NCBI GenBank assembly: GCA_963848295.1
Contig: CAWKDB010000002.1
Span: forward strand, 832,001 to 896,000
Source: an uncultured delta proteobacterium
GTDB taxonomy: Bacteria > Myxococcota_A > Polyangia > Haliangiales > Haliangiaceae
DNA: 64,000 nucleotides
Direction of reading: 5' to 3'
Shown here in pieces: positions 36,011-45,417 of this stretch. The notes under the pieces are model-generated. The model did not search any database, had not been told where the DNA came from, and saw only the letters and a list, made by a program, of their open reading frames with translations. The translations under genes were made by a program, and so were the position numbers. The stretch's first letter is position 1, and each line of letters begins with the position of its first letter.

Positions 36011-36265
36011 ATGACGAAGGGATGGCTGTCGACCTTGTCGCCCTGGGACGCGACGTGGATCGCGTGTGAATGGGCTTTATCGGACCTGAGCTGGCACCGC
36101 GAGGCGATCGCGCGCGAGCTCGCGATGACCGATCTGCCGCTGGTCGGCGCGGTCTCGGTGCTCGAGCACCTGATCGCCGACAGCGATCCGAACGTTCACG
36201 CCGCGGCGGTCCAGGCGGCGGAGATTCGCTTCGGTTGCTCGCTCACCGACTGTCACTCGCTGTAG
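36011..36265 (+). CDS. Small hypothetical protein
   Basis: 84-aa ORF filling the def-folB gap with plausible codon usage; possible HEAT-like end (LIADSDPNVHAAAVQA). Confidence 0.45.
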   Translation: MTKGWLSTLSPWDATWIACEWALSDLSWHREAIARELAMTDLPLVGAVSVLEHLIADSDPNVHAAAVQAAEIRFGCSLTDCHSL

Positions 36266-36274
36266 CCTGCGCGA

Positions 36275-36640
36275 ATGACCGACTGCGTGTTCGTGCGCGG
36301 CCTCGAGTTCGAAGGCAACCACGGCTACTCCGCGGCCGAGCGCCGCGGCACTCGGCGGTTTCGCGTCGACCTTCGGCTCGAGCTGCCGCTCGGGGCCGCC
36401 GCAGCCTCGGATCGGATCGCCGACACCGTCGACTACTGGAAGGTCAGCGAGATCGTGATCGCGCTCGGCACGAAGTCGACCTACAAGCTGCTCGAGGCGC
36501 TCGCCGGTGCGATCGCGGCGCAGATCCAAGAGCTCTACCCGCGCGCGGCGGTCGCGATCGAGCTCGAGAAGCTAGCGCCGCCCTGCCCCGGCGTTCCTGC
36601 CGCGTGCGGCGTGAAGTTGCACCTGCCGGCGCGGGACTGA
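36275..36640 (+). CDS. folB: Dihydroneopterin aldolase
   Basis: GLEFEGNHG...ER, F.VDL, DTVDY, LLEALA, LEK..PP. Confidence 0.92.
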   Translation: MTDCVFVRGLEFEGNHGYSAAERRGTRRFRVDLRLELPLGAAAASDRIADTVDYWKVSEIVIALGTKSTYKLLEALAGAIAAQIQELYPRAAVAIELEKLAPPCPGVPAACGVKLHLPARD

Positions 36641-36749
36641 CGCGCGCCTGCGACGATGACGCGTGCGCGGTCAAGCACTATCTGGCCGCGCGACGAACCA
36701 TGTGACTATTCGGCTTTACCTCGCCTCGCGATCGTACTAAGCCCCGAGC

Positions 36750-37589
36750 ATGCTCGAGCGCGACCCCAAGACCTTGGCCCGACTGCAAGCAGTCGTGACC
36801 GCGCTGATCGAGCACCGGGTGTCGACCTCGCTCGTCGATGTCGAGCGCGCCCTCGCGAGCTGGCGCAGCGGCAACCACAGCGCGCTGGCCGCCCACGGCG
36901 CGGTGTTGCGCCATGCGGCGCGCTGCGAGCGCACGGTCGAGCGGGTGACCGCGGCGGCCGGAGATCGCCCCGAGGGCATCCTGCGCGACGCGGTCGACGC
37001 CGGGTTGATGCCGGCCGACGAGTTCGTCCACCTCGTCGGCAAGCCGCCCGAAGACGTCGCGTCGATCGATGCGCTGCAAGACGAAGATGACGCGAGCGCG
37101 CCCGACAAGCGCAAGACGCTCGAAGCCCTGCTCGAACGCGGCGCCGTGCTCGTCCATGTCGACGCCCGCCGCGCCGATGTCCAGGTGCCGCCGCGGTTCC
37201 GCGCCGACCCGAGCCTGGTGTTGCGATTCGGCTATAACCTGACTCCCAAACTGTACGATCTCGAGGTCGACGAGCTCGGGATCAGCGCGACCCTCGTGTT
37301 CGCCGGCGCGCCGTTCCGCTGCACGCTGCCGTGGGCCGCGGTCTACGCAGCGATGGTCGAGGGCGAGCAACGCGGCACGGTGTGGCCGGAGGACGTGCCC
37401 GAGGACGTGCTCACCGGCGGCAGCGAAGCCGCTGCGGCCGTAACCGCGACCCCGACGTCGGGTGCCCCATCGCCGGCCGGCGACGGCACGACGGCGCCCC
37501 TCGGCGCCGCCGACCGCGAGCGAGCTGCCGTCGTCGAAGAAGCGTCGCCGCGAGCGAAGCGGACGAGCCACTTGAAGCTCGTCGAATAA
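36750..37589 (+). CDS. SspB-like ClpXP adaptor with an extra N-terminal helical domain
   Basis: VHVDARRADVQVP, LVLRFG, ISATLVFAG.PF.C.LPW.AV, disordered tail ending HLKLVE. Confidence 0.8.
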   Translation: MLERDPKTLARLQAVVTALIEHRVSTSLVDVERALASWRSGNHSALAAHGAVLRHAARCERTVERVTAAAGDRPEGILRDAVDAGLMPADEFVHLVGKPPEDVASIDALQDEDDASAPDKRKTLEALLERGAVLVHVDARRADVQVPPRFRADPSLVLRFGYNLTPKLYDLEVDELGISATLVFAGAPFRCTLPWAAVYAAMVEGEQRGTVWPEDVPEDVLTGGSEAAAAVTATPTSGAPSPAGDGTTAPLGAADRERAAVVEEASPRAKRTSHLKLVE

Positions 37590-37591
37590 CG

Positions 37592-38299
37592 ATGCGCGCA
37601 GCGCTGATCGTCGCGCTCGCTGCGTGCGGCTCGGCGCCGCCGCCGGTGACCGTGCCCGTCTCGCACGTCGACGTGGTGCCGCGCACGACGCCGGCGCCGA
37701 CCGTCAAATGGGCAGGCGACAAGCTCGCCGCGCCGGGGCTGCCTGCGGCCGCCAGCCACGGTGAGATCGCGGTGATTCCGATGTCCGACCTCGACGGCGG
37801 GCGCGGCTGGCCGAACCTCCACATCGAGGTTCGCGACCGCGCCGACAAGCTGATCCAGACGATCCCCGTGATGACGCCGAACGAGTACGAGACGTTCGTC
37901 GTCGGCGGCAAGCCGACCGCCAAGCTCGACGAGCGCATCGCCGCCGCGAATCGCGAGCTCGCGAAGCTGCACGGCGTGCACGACTTGGTGACGCTCCACG
38001 CGCTCGAGCTCGGAGGCTCCGACGACGCGATCGCCTCGGGCGACGGCCTCGACGTCGAGTTTCGCGGCAACCGCATCCGCCTGTTTCACCGTCCGCAGCA
38101 GCGACCGTTCGACGTGCGCAGCGCGCAGTCGTGGCTCATCCCCGAGACCACCGACCGCGGTCGGATCTGCGACTACCCGGCGTCGCTCGCCGGCGTGTTT
38201 CACGCCTCCGAGATCCCGCTGGTCGTCGTCGAGATCGAATATCGCAGCTCCGACACGTGCCGCGACCCCTCGCCGTCGTTTCACGTCGTGGCGTATTAG
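37592..38299 (+). CDS. Hypothetical lipoprotein
   Basis: MRAALIVALAACGS lipobox. Confidence 0.7.
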   Translation: MRAALIVALAACGSAPPPVTVPVSHVDVVPRTTPAPTVKWAGDKLAAPGLPAAASHGEIAVIPMSDLDGGRGWPNLHIEVRDRADKLIQTIPVMTPNEYETFVVGGKPTAKLDERIAAANRELAKLHGVHDLVTLHALELGGSDDAIASGDGLDVEFRGNRIRLFHRPQQRPFDVRSAQSWLIPETTDRGRICDYPASLAGVFHASEIPLVVVEIEYRSSDTCRDPSPSFHVVAY

Positions 38300-38658
38300 C
38301 CGGCTTTGCGAGCGTCGGGGTTCTCGTCGAGCCACGCGCGCAGCGATTCTTCGGTGATCTCGACGACGAGGTCTTCGGCGCCGCAACGCGCTTGGCACGC
38401 GAGCCGCGACTCGGGACGGACATCGAACGCCTTGTCCATGATGTCGTTCTCTTTGTCGGTGACTTCGGGCAGCGTGTCGAGGCCCCGGTCGACCCAGACG
38501 TGGCACGTCGAGCACGCGAGGTTGCCACCGCACGCATGACCGACGCGCACGCCGTGGTGCTCGGCGGCGTCGAGGATCGAGTCGCCTTGCTTGCACTCGA
38601 CGGTGACCGGCCCGAGGGACTTGGGACCGTGCGGATTCTTGAACGTGATCTTCGGCAT
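38296..38658 (-). CDS. fdx: ISC system [2Fe-2S] ferredoxin
   Basis: HACGGNLACSTCHV...SRLACQ; last gene of the isc operon. Confidence 0.95.
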   Translation of the reverse strand: MPKITFKNPHGPKSLGPVTVECKQGDSILDAAEHHGVRVGHACGGNLACSTCHVWVDRGLDTLPEVTDKENDIMDKAFDVRPESRLACQARCGAEDLVVEITEESLRAWLDENPDARKAG

Positions 38659-40496
38659 CAGCGCAGCTGTCCCTCGACTTCGTCGAGCGTCTTGCCGCGG
38701 AACTGCGCGTCGACCGCGCGATTCATCCGCAGCTGGGCGAACGGCTTGGTCGCGAGGTCGAGCGCCTCGATCGCGCTGCGAATCGCGAGGTGATCGTCGC
38801 CCGCCGCGGCGGTCTCGAGCGCGGTCATCGCGGCGGTGCCGGCGGCGCGCACGTCGTCGGCGAGCAGCGCCGCATCGGTCGCGAACGCGGCGCGCGTGGC
38901 CGCCAGGATCCGCTGGGCCTCGACGCGCTCGACCGCGAGGTTGCGCAACGCGAGGTCGGTCTCGGCGTGATCGAACGACTCGAGCAGCATGCGCTCGACC
39001 TCTTCATCCGACAGGCCGTAGCTCGGCTTGACCTCGATCGTCGACTCGGCGCCGGTGGTCAGCTCCTTCGCGGTGACCTTGAGCAGGCCGTCGGCATCGA
39101 CGAGGAACGTGATCTCGACGCGGCCCATCCCGGCGATCATCGGCGGCACGCCGCGCAGCACGAACCGCGCGAGCGAACGGCACGCATCGGCGGTCTCGCG
39201 CTCGCCTTGCACCACGTGGATGTCGAAGCCGGTCTGATTGTCGGCGTAGGTCGTGAACGTCTCGGTCGCGCCGCACGGGATCGTCGTGTTGCGATGGATC
39301 AGCTTCTCGACGACGCCGCCCATCATCTCGAGCCCGAGCGACAGCGGGATGACGTCGAGCAGCGTCACGTCGTGCACGCCGCCGGCGAGCATGTCGGCTT
39401 GAACCGCGGCGCCGAGGGCGACGACCTGATCCGGATCGAGGTCGCACAGCGGCTGCTTGCCGAACAGCTCGGCGACGAACTCGCGAACCACCGGCGAGCG
39501 AGTCGAGCCACCGACGAGGATCACGCCGTCGAGCTGGTCGCGGGTCAGGTCGGCGTCCTTGAGCGCGCGACGACACGCCTTCGCGCAGCGATCGAGCAAC
39601 GGCTGGGCGAGCGTGCGCAGGTCGTCCCGGGTGAGCTCGCGCCGCACGGTGCCGAGCGCGAACGTCGCGCGCTCGGTCGCGGTCAGCGCCTCCTTGACCC
39701 GACGCGCTTCGCCGACCGCCGCGGCGATCTGCTTGCGATCCCGGTCGCCGAGCTCGCCGACCATCGCGCTCGCGATCGCGCGATCGAGGTCGTCGCCGCC
39801 GAGCGCGGAGTCGCCGCCGGTCGCACGCACCTCGAACACGCCGTCGACCAGCTTGAGGATCGAGACATCGAACGTGCCGCCGCCGAGATCGAACACCGCG
39901 TACACGCCCTGGCTGCCTCGGTCGAGCCCGTACGCGACCGCCGCGGCGGTGGGCTCGGCCATCAGGCGCATCACCTCGAGGCCGGCGAGCCGGCCGGCGT
40001 CGCGGGTCGCCTGGCGCTGCGCGTCGTCGAAGTAGGCCGGCACCGTGATGACCGCGCCCTCGATCGGGCCGCCGACCGCCGCCTCGCCGCGCGCCTTGAG
40101 CTCGCGCAGGATCTCGGCCGAGACCTCGACCGGCGAGACCGCACGGCCACCGGTGACGATGCGGACCGCGCGATCGTCGCCTTCGAGCTCGTACGGCAAC
40201 AGCGCGCGAACCGCCGCGAGGTCGCCGAGCCCCCGCCCGATCAGTCGCTTGACCGAGGCGAGCGTATCGCGTGGCTCGTCGAGCGCGTGCGCTTGCGCCG
40301 CGCGGCCGACCGCGACGCCGGAAGCCCCGTAGTAGACGACCGACGGCACGAGCGGGTCATCACCGATCACGCGCGGGCTGCCGTCTTCGACCTGCGCGAC
40401 CAGGCTGTTCGTCGTCCCGAGATCGATGCCGACCACGCGCGGCTTGCACGCCTCCTTCGCGAGGGCCTGGCCGGGCTCGGCGATCTGCATCAACAT
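38658..40496 (-). CDS. hscA: Fe-S assembly chaperone HscA
   Basis: MQIAEPG N-terminus, GIDLGTTNS, TVPAYFDDAQRQAT, DVIPLSLGLEMMGG; isc context. Confidence 0.95.
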   Translation of the reverse strand: MLMQIAEPGQALAKEACKPRVVGIDLGTTNSLVAQVEDGSPRVIGDDPLVPSVVYYGASGVAVGRAAQAHALDEPRDTLASVKRLIGRGLGDLAAVRALLPYELEGDDRAVRIVTGGRAVSPVEVSAEILRELKARGEAAVGGPIEGAVITVPAYFDDAQRQATRDAGRLAGLEVMRLMAEPTAAAVAYGLDRGSQGVYAVFDLGGGTFDVSILKLVDGVFEVRATGGDSALGGDDLDRAIASAMVGELGDRDRKQIAAAVGEARRVKEALTATERATFALGTVRRELTRDDLRTLAQPLLDRCAKACRRALKDADLTRDQLDGVILVGGSTRSPVVREFVAELFGKQPLCDLDPDQVVALGAAVQADMLAGGVHDVTLLDVIPLSLGLEMMGGVVEKLIHRNTTIPCGATETFTTYADNQTGFDIHVVQGERETADACRSLARFVLRGVPPMIAGMGRVEITFLVDADGLLKVTAKELTTGAESTIEVKPSYGLSDEEVERMLLESFDHAETDLALRNLAVERVEAQRILAATRAAFATDAALLADDVRAAGTAAMTALETAAAGDDHLAIRSAIEALDLATKPFAQLRMNRAVDAQFRGKTLDEVEGQLR

Positions 40497-40504
40497 CGCA
40501 GCAC

Positions 40505-41023
40505 CTAGTCCTCGTCGAGTGCGGCGTCGCACTCCTCGAGGTAGCGCATGATGTAGCGCAGCGTGACGACGACGCGCTTGACGTCGGCGAGCGAGCCGGT
40601 CGCGAACAGCGGCACGAGCTCGGCGAGCCGGGCATCCCGCTGCGCGGTCATCGCGACGTGCAAACGTTCGAGCGTCGGCCGATCGCCGGCGACCTTGGCC
40701 TCGGCGAGCTCTTCGCGCAGCTCGAGCACGCGCATCAGGAACTCGGGCTCGAGCCGCTCGTTATCGCCGATCGCGACGCCGTTGCGAGCCAGGAGATATT
40801 CGGCGCGCGCCATCGGCTTCTTAAGCGTCTGGTACGCGTCGTTGAGCGCGCGCGACTTCGACAGCGCCGCGACGCGTTCGGCAGCGGCAGCGGTCGCGAA
40901 CTTGTCGACGTGCAGCTCTTTGCTGCGCTCGAAGAACGCGCGCTCGATCACGGCCGGATCGAGGTCGTACTGCGCGGGCAAACCGAGCAGACTGAAAGCG
41001 TCAGAATTGGACGCTCTCTCCAC
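40505..41023 (-). CDS. hscB: Fe-S assembly co-chaperone HscB
   Basis: F.LLGLP..YDLD, LHVDKF (HPD variant), [24 protein letters not shown]. Confidence 0.9.
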   Translation of the reverse strand: MERASNSDAFSLLGLPAQYDLDPAVIERAFFERSKELHVDKFATAAAAERVAALSKSRALNDAYQTLKKPMARAEYLLARNGVAIGDNERLEPEFLMRVLELREELAEAKVAGDRPTLERLHVAMTAQRDARLAELVPLFATGSLADVKRVVVTLRYIMRYLEECDAALDED

Positions 41024-41411
41024 AGCCGCACGCGCCCTTCGCGTTGGGATTATTGAATTTGAAGCCGTGGCCCATCATGCCGCGCACGAAGTCGAGCGTC
41101 ATGCCGCCGAGGTACACGAGGCTCTTCGGATCGACGACGATGCCGACGCCCGAACCGTCCGGTCCGTCGAACTGCTTGTCGGTCGGCTTGATCTCGTCGG
41201 CCCACTCGAACACGTACGTGAACCCGGTGCAGCCACCGCCGCGCACGCCGACTCGAATCCGCGCGTTCGGCGTGCCGCGCTTCGTGCGCTGACGAGCGAT
41301 CTCGTCCGCCGCGTTCTGCGTCACGACGATCTCGCGCTTGTTCGCGGCAGGCGCAGGCGCCGGCGCCGCCGGTTGCTGCTGCTGGTCGCTATGTGCCGCC
41401 ACCGTGCTCAT
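41001..41411 (-). CDS. iscA: A-type Fe-S carrier IscA
   Basis: [38 protein letters not shown]. Confidence 0.93.
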   Translation of the reverse strand: MSTVAAHSDQQQQPAAPAPAPAANKREIVVTQNAADEIARQRTKRGTPNARIRVGVRGGGCTGFTYVFEWADEIKPTDKQFDGPDGSGVGIVVDPKSLVYLGGMTLDFVRGMMGHGFKFNNPNAKGACGCGESVQF

Positions 41412-41788
41412 GCGTGCTTCTTCTTGTAGTCCTCGATCGCCGCCTTGATCGCGTCTTCGGCGAGGACCGAGCAGTGGATCTTGACCGGCGGGAGGTTGAG
41501 CTCCTCGACGATCTGGGTGTTCTTGATCAGCGCGGCTTGGTCGAGCGTCATGCCCTTGATCATCTCGGTCGCGAGCGAGCTCGACGCGATCGCGGAGCCG
41601 CAACCGAACGTCTTGAACTTCGCGTCGGCGATCCTGCCGTCGATGACCTTGATCTGCAGCCGCATCACGTCGCCGCATGCGGGCGCGCCGACGAGGCCCG
41701 TGCCGACGTCGTCGGCCTCGTCCTTGGCGAAGGTGCCGACGTTGCGCGGGTTCTCGTAGTGCTCGATGACTTTTTCTGAGTACGCCAT
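41408..41788 (-). CDS. iscU: Fe-S scaffold IscU
   Basis: [47 protein letters not shown]. Confidence 0.97.
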   Translation of the reverse strand: MAYSEKVIEHYENPRNVGTFAKDEADDVGTGLVGAPACGDVMRLQIKVIDGRIADAKFKTFGCGSAIASSSLATEMIKGMTLDQAALIKNTQIVEELNLPPVKIHCSVLAEDAIKAAIEDYKKKHA

Positions 41789-41809
41789 GGTGTTCTCGTT
41801 TCTACCGGC

Positions 41810-43084
41810 TCAGTGCGGGGTCCACTGGATCGTGCTGATGTCGATGCCATCTTGGTGCATCTCCCACAGCGGAGATAGCGTGCGCAGCCGCTCGACCGAG
41901 CGCACCACGAGGTCGGTCACGTAATCGATCTCGGCCTCGGTGTTGAACCGGCCGATGCCAAAGCGAATCGACGTGTGCGCGAGCTCTTCGCCGACGCCGA
42001 TCGCGCGCAGCACGTAGCTCGGCTCGAGCGAGGCCGACGTGCACGCCGAGCCGCTCGACACCGCGACGTCCTTGAGCGCCATCAACAGCGACTCGCCTTC
42101 GACGAACGCGAACGAGATGTTGAGGTTGCCCGGCAGCCGGCGGCCGGGCTCCATCGAGCCGTTGACGTAGGTCTCGGTCAACCGGGACTGGATGTTGCGC
42201 AGCAGCCGATCGCGCAGGCCCGACAGCCGGATCGCCTCGTCCGCCATCTCTTCTTTGCACAGCTCGCACGCCTTGCCGAAGCCGACGATCAGCGGCACCG
42301 GGAGCGTGCCCGAACGCATGCCGCGCTCGTGACCGCCTCCGTCGATCATCGGATCGATGCGGACGCGCGGTTTGCGCCGCACCCATAGCGCGCCGACGCC
42401 CTTGGGTCCGTAGATCTTGTGCGCCGATAGCGACACGAGGTCGGCCTTGCAGCGCTCGACATCGAACGGCACCTTGCCGGCGCCCTGGACCGCGTCGATG
42501 TGGAACAGGGTCTTGGGGTTCTTCGCTTTGATCGCGGCGCCGATCGCATCGACGTCTTGGACGACGCCGATCTCGTTGTTCGCGAGCATGATCGACACGA
42601 CGATCGTCTTCGGCGTCATCGCCTCGGTGATCATCTCCGGCGTCACGAGGCCATCTTTGTGCGGCGTGAGGTACGTGACCTCGTAGCCCTCGCGCTGCAG
42701 GCGCTTGCCGGTGTCGAGCACGCTCTTGTGCTCGGTCGCGACCGTGATGATATGGTTGCCCTGCTTCTTCAAGAAGCTCGCCGCGCCCTTGATCGCGAGG
42801 TTGTTCGCCTCGGTCGCGCCCGAGGTCCAGACGATCTCCTTGCCGTCGCCGCCGATCAACGCGGCGACTTGCGTGCGCGCGTGGTCGACCGCCGCTTCTG
42901 CGGCCCAACCGAACGAGTGGTTGCGGCTCGCCGCGTTGCCGAAGTGCTGCGTGAAGTACGGCAGCATCGCCTGCACGACGCGGAGATCGACCGCGGTGGT
43001 CGAGTGGTTATCCATGAAGATCGGCAGCTGGACACCAGCGGGCACCGGGACTTCTTCGGACTTCGTCTTGATCGCAGTCGCCAT
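41810..43084 (-). CDS. iscS: Cysteine desulfurase IscS
   Basis: [51 protein letters not shown]. Confidence 0.97.
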   Translation of the reverse strand: MATAIKTKSEEVPVPAGVQLPIFMDNHSTTAVDLRVVQAMLPYFTQHFGNAASRNHSFGWAAEAAVDHARTQVAALIGGDGKEIVWTSGATEANNLAIKGAASFLKKQGNHIITVATEHKSVLDTGKRLQREGYEVTYLTPHKDGLVTPEMITEAMTPKTIVVSIMLANNEIGVVQDVDAIGAAIKAKNPKTLFHIDAVQGAGKVPFDVERCKADLVSLSAHKIYGPKGVGALWVRRKPRVRIDPMIDGGGHERGMRSGTLPVPLIVGFGKACELCKEEMADEAIRLSGLRDRLLRNIQSRLTETYVNGSMEPGRRLPGNLNISFAFVEGESLLMALKDVAVSSGSACTSASLEPSYVLRAIGVGEELAHTSIRFGIGRFNTEAEIDYVTDLVVRSVERLRTLSPLWEMHQDGIDISTIQWTPH

Positions 43085-43641
43085 CAGTTGTTTCCTTCGC
43101 GGTAGAGCACGCCGACCGGCACGTCATAGGCTTTCGCCGCGCGGTCAGCGTCGGAACGCTTCGTGATCCCCGCGAACAGCGGCGGGGCTTCGCCTTTATG
43201 ATGACCGTGGTGATCGCACCCGCCACACTCGGTGGGCGCGTACTCGGCCGAGCACGTGTGGCAGCTCTCGAGGTACCTCAGCGCATCGGCGACGTCGGTC
43301 TCGATCGTATGGAGCTGAGCGATCTGTTCGCGCAGCCGAGCCTGCTTTTCGGCGAACAGCGCGCGTACCCGCGACGCGGCTTCCGGTGCCGACTGCGCGT
43401 TGCGAAAATCGGCGACGAAGCCTTGGATCTCGGCGAGCGTGAAGCCGATCGCTTGCAGCTTGACGATCCACTGGATGCGATCGATCGCGTCCTTGCCGTA
43501 CAGCCGGAACCCGCCTTCGGACCGCTCCTGCGGTTCGAGCAAGCCGAGCTCTTCGTACAAGTGCATCGCGCGCACCGTCTTGCCGACGGCCTTTGCGAGG
43601 TCACCTACGCGGAGCAACTTGTGTTTCGGGTCTTCCTGCAT
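43084..43641 (-). CDS. MerR-family transcriptional regulator with C-terminal CxxC-x8-CxxC-HHxHH motif
   Basis: [25 protein letters not shown]...[16 protein letters not shown], dimer helix, [22 protein letters not shown]; stop overlaps iscS start. Confidence 0.93.
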   Translation of the reverse strand: MQEDPKHKLLRVGDLAKAVGKTVRAMHLYEELGLLEPQERSEGGFRLYGKDAIDRIQWIVKLQAIGFTLAEIQGFVADFRNAQSAPEAASRVRALFAEKQARLREQIAQLHTIETDVADALRYLESCHTCSAEYAPTECGGCDHHGHHKGEAPPLFAGITKRSDADRAAKAYDVPVGVLYREGNN

Positions 43642-43649
43642 GGTCCGCT

Positions 43650-43675
43650 AAACCCTAACGTTAACGTGAGGGTTT
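43650..43675. promoter_or_regulatory. Operator-like palindrome 1
   Basis: AAACCCTAACGTTAACGTGAGGGTTT, one mismatched pair in 26 bp, 8 bp from the regulator ATG. Confidence 0.8.
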
Positions 43676-43688
43676 GGCTCGTGAACGG

Positions 43689-43717
43689 ACTATGTAGCCC
43701 GTAGACTCGACTGTCAA
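43689..43717 (-). promoter_or_regulatory. Sigma70-like promoter of the merR-isc operon
   Basis: TTGACA (43717-43712), 17 bp, CATAGT (43694-43689). Confidence 0.65.
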
Positions 43718-43723
43718 CGCTCA

Positions 43724-43743
43724 ACCTCACCTTTACGTGAGGG
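43724..43743. promoter_or_regulatory. Operator-like site 2
   Basis: ACCTCACCTTTACGTGAGGG, aligns without gaps to site 1. Confidence 0.7.
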
Positions 43744-43802
43744 AGCTGGTGCTCGAGAGACCCACCGAGTGATTCTAGTATCTTGGTAGGCGCGACGCGG
43801 AG

Positions 43803-45380
43803 TTAGTTCGCCGTCGCGGTCGCTTCGAACGACCGGATCACCGTGACCTTGATCTGGCCCGGGAACGTCAGCTCGTCGGAGACCTGGGCTGCGATCTCGG
43901 TCGACATCTCGACCACCGCGAGATCGTCGACTTCGCGCTCGCGGACGTAGACCCGGAGCTCGCGCCCGCCTTGCACCGCATGGGCGTGACTGACGCCGCG
44001 GCGCTCGAAGCCGATGCGCTCGAGATCCTCGATCTTGGTCGAGAACCCTTCGGTCTGTTCGCGGCGCGCGCCCGGCCGTGCACCGCTCATCGCGTCGGAC
44101 GCGGCGACGAGGTATGCATAGACCGAGTTGCACGGTTCGTCGGCATGGTGCGCGCCGATCGCGTTCGCGATCACTTCGGGCTCGCCGAGCCGACGAGCGA
44201 TCTCGGCGCCGATCACCGCGTGGCTGCCTTCGATCTTGTGGGTCAGCGCCTTGCCGATGTCGTGCATCAGCGTCGCGCGCCTCGCGAGCTTCTCGTCGAG
44301 CCCGAGCTCGGCCGCCATCATGCCGGCGAGGAACGACGCCTCGACCGCGTGCAGCCATTGGTTCTGCGTGTAGCTCGTACGGAAGTTCAGCGCGCCGACG
44401 AGCTCGACAATCTCGGGATGCGCTTTCTGGATGCCGAGCGACTGGAACGCCTTCTTGCCGAGGCCGCGGATCTCTTGGTTGATGATCTCGCGCTGCTTGG
44501 TGGCCCACTCGTCGGGATGCGCGCGGGCATCGGCGACCGACTCCGGCTTCTTGCCGAACTTCGCGAGCGAGCGGCGCACGACCTCTTTGCCGACGCCGTC
44601 GAGCCCGTCGAGGCGAATCGCGTCTTTGTCGTCGTTGACGAGCAGCTGGATGCCGGCGACCTTCTCGAGCGCGCCGTGGATCGCGCTGTTGTTGTCGAGC
44701 AGGAGCGCGACCATGTCGGCGCCGACGCGCAGGTTCGACGCGTTGCGCTCGGTCAAGAAGTGCATCGAGCAGCGCGCCGCGGCGATCTCCATCACGCGCT
44801 TCGCCTCGCGGTCGTAGGCTGGATCCGACGTGGCCTGCTCGAGCACGCGCACGCTCGCGGCAGCTTTAGCGCGAGCATCGTCGAGCCAGCCGTCGCGCAT
44901 CCGCTTCGCGAGCTCCGCGGCGACGACCCCGGCGCGGGCTTCGAGCTGGGTGCGGCCGTCGCGGCGACGGTTGTCGATCTCGCGCTCGAGCCCGGCGCTG
45001 CGATCGCGGCGCGAGTCGACTTCGCGCTGGGCCAGCTCGACCTGCGCCTCGCGCTGCTCGAGCTGATCGGCGGCGGCGGCGAGCTTGACGACCGCAGCCT
45101 GGACGCGATCCTCGCGGCGCTGGAGCTCGGCCTCGGCGCGCGCGAGCTGCTCGTCGGTCGCCGCGATCTGGTCGAGCGCTTCGGCGCGTGCCGCGGTCTC
45201 GAGCGCGCGGCGGTGAGCCGAGGCCTCCACACCGGCGGCGGCGACCGCAGCCGCGGCGGCGGATCGGGCTTCGGCAACGGCGCGCGTCGCGATCCGCTTC
45301 GCCTCCGCGGCGGCAGCGCGGGCCGCCACGATCGCGGTCGCGATCGCAGCGATGGCACCGGCGACGAGCGCGATCAACAT
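43803..45380 (-). CDS. rny: Ribonuclease Y family protein (TM, coiled coil, degenerate KH, HD)
   Basis: FRTSYTQN...H..E, MHDIGKA, GSHAVIGA, AHH, SDAMSGARPGARRE, QGGRELRV, FPGQIKVTVIR. Confidence 0.88.
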   Translation of the reverse strand: MLIALVAGAIAAIATAIVAARAAAAEAKRIATRAVAEARSAAAAAVAAAGVEASAHRRALETAARAEALDQIAATDEQLARAEAELQRREDRVQAAVVKLAAAADQLEQREAQVELAQREVDSRRDRSAGLEREIDNRRRDGRTQLEARAGVVAAELAKRMRDGWLDDARAKAAASVRVLEQATSDPAYDREAKRVMEIAAARCSMHFLTERNASNLRVGADMVALLLDNNSAIHGALEKVAGIQLLVNDDKDAIRLDGLDGVGKEVVRRSLAKFGKKPESVADARAHPDEWATKQREIINQEIRGLGKKAFQSLGIQKAHPEIVELVGALNFRTSYTQNQWLHAVEASFLAGMMAAELGLDEKLARRATLMHDIGKALTHKIEGSHAVIGAEIARRLGEPEVIANAIGAHHADEPCNSVYAYLVAASDAMSGARPGARREQTEGFSTKIEDLERIGFERRGVSHAHAVQGGRELRVYVREREVDDLAVVEMSTEIAAQVSDELTFPGQIKVTVIRSFEATATAN

Positions 45381-45417
45381 CTCGCCAGCATGCCGAGCCC
45401 GAGCGATTCGGGCAAGC

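Noticed and set aside
40900..40925. HscB J-domain reads HVD rather than HPD
   Set aside because: A single substitution in an otherwise normal gene; I cannot tell a variant from an error without reads or homologues.
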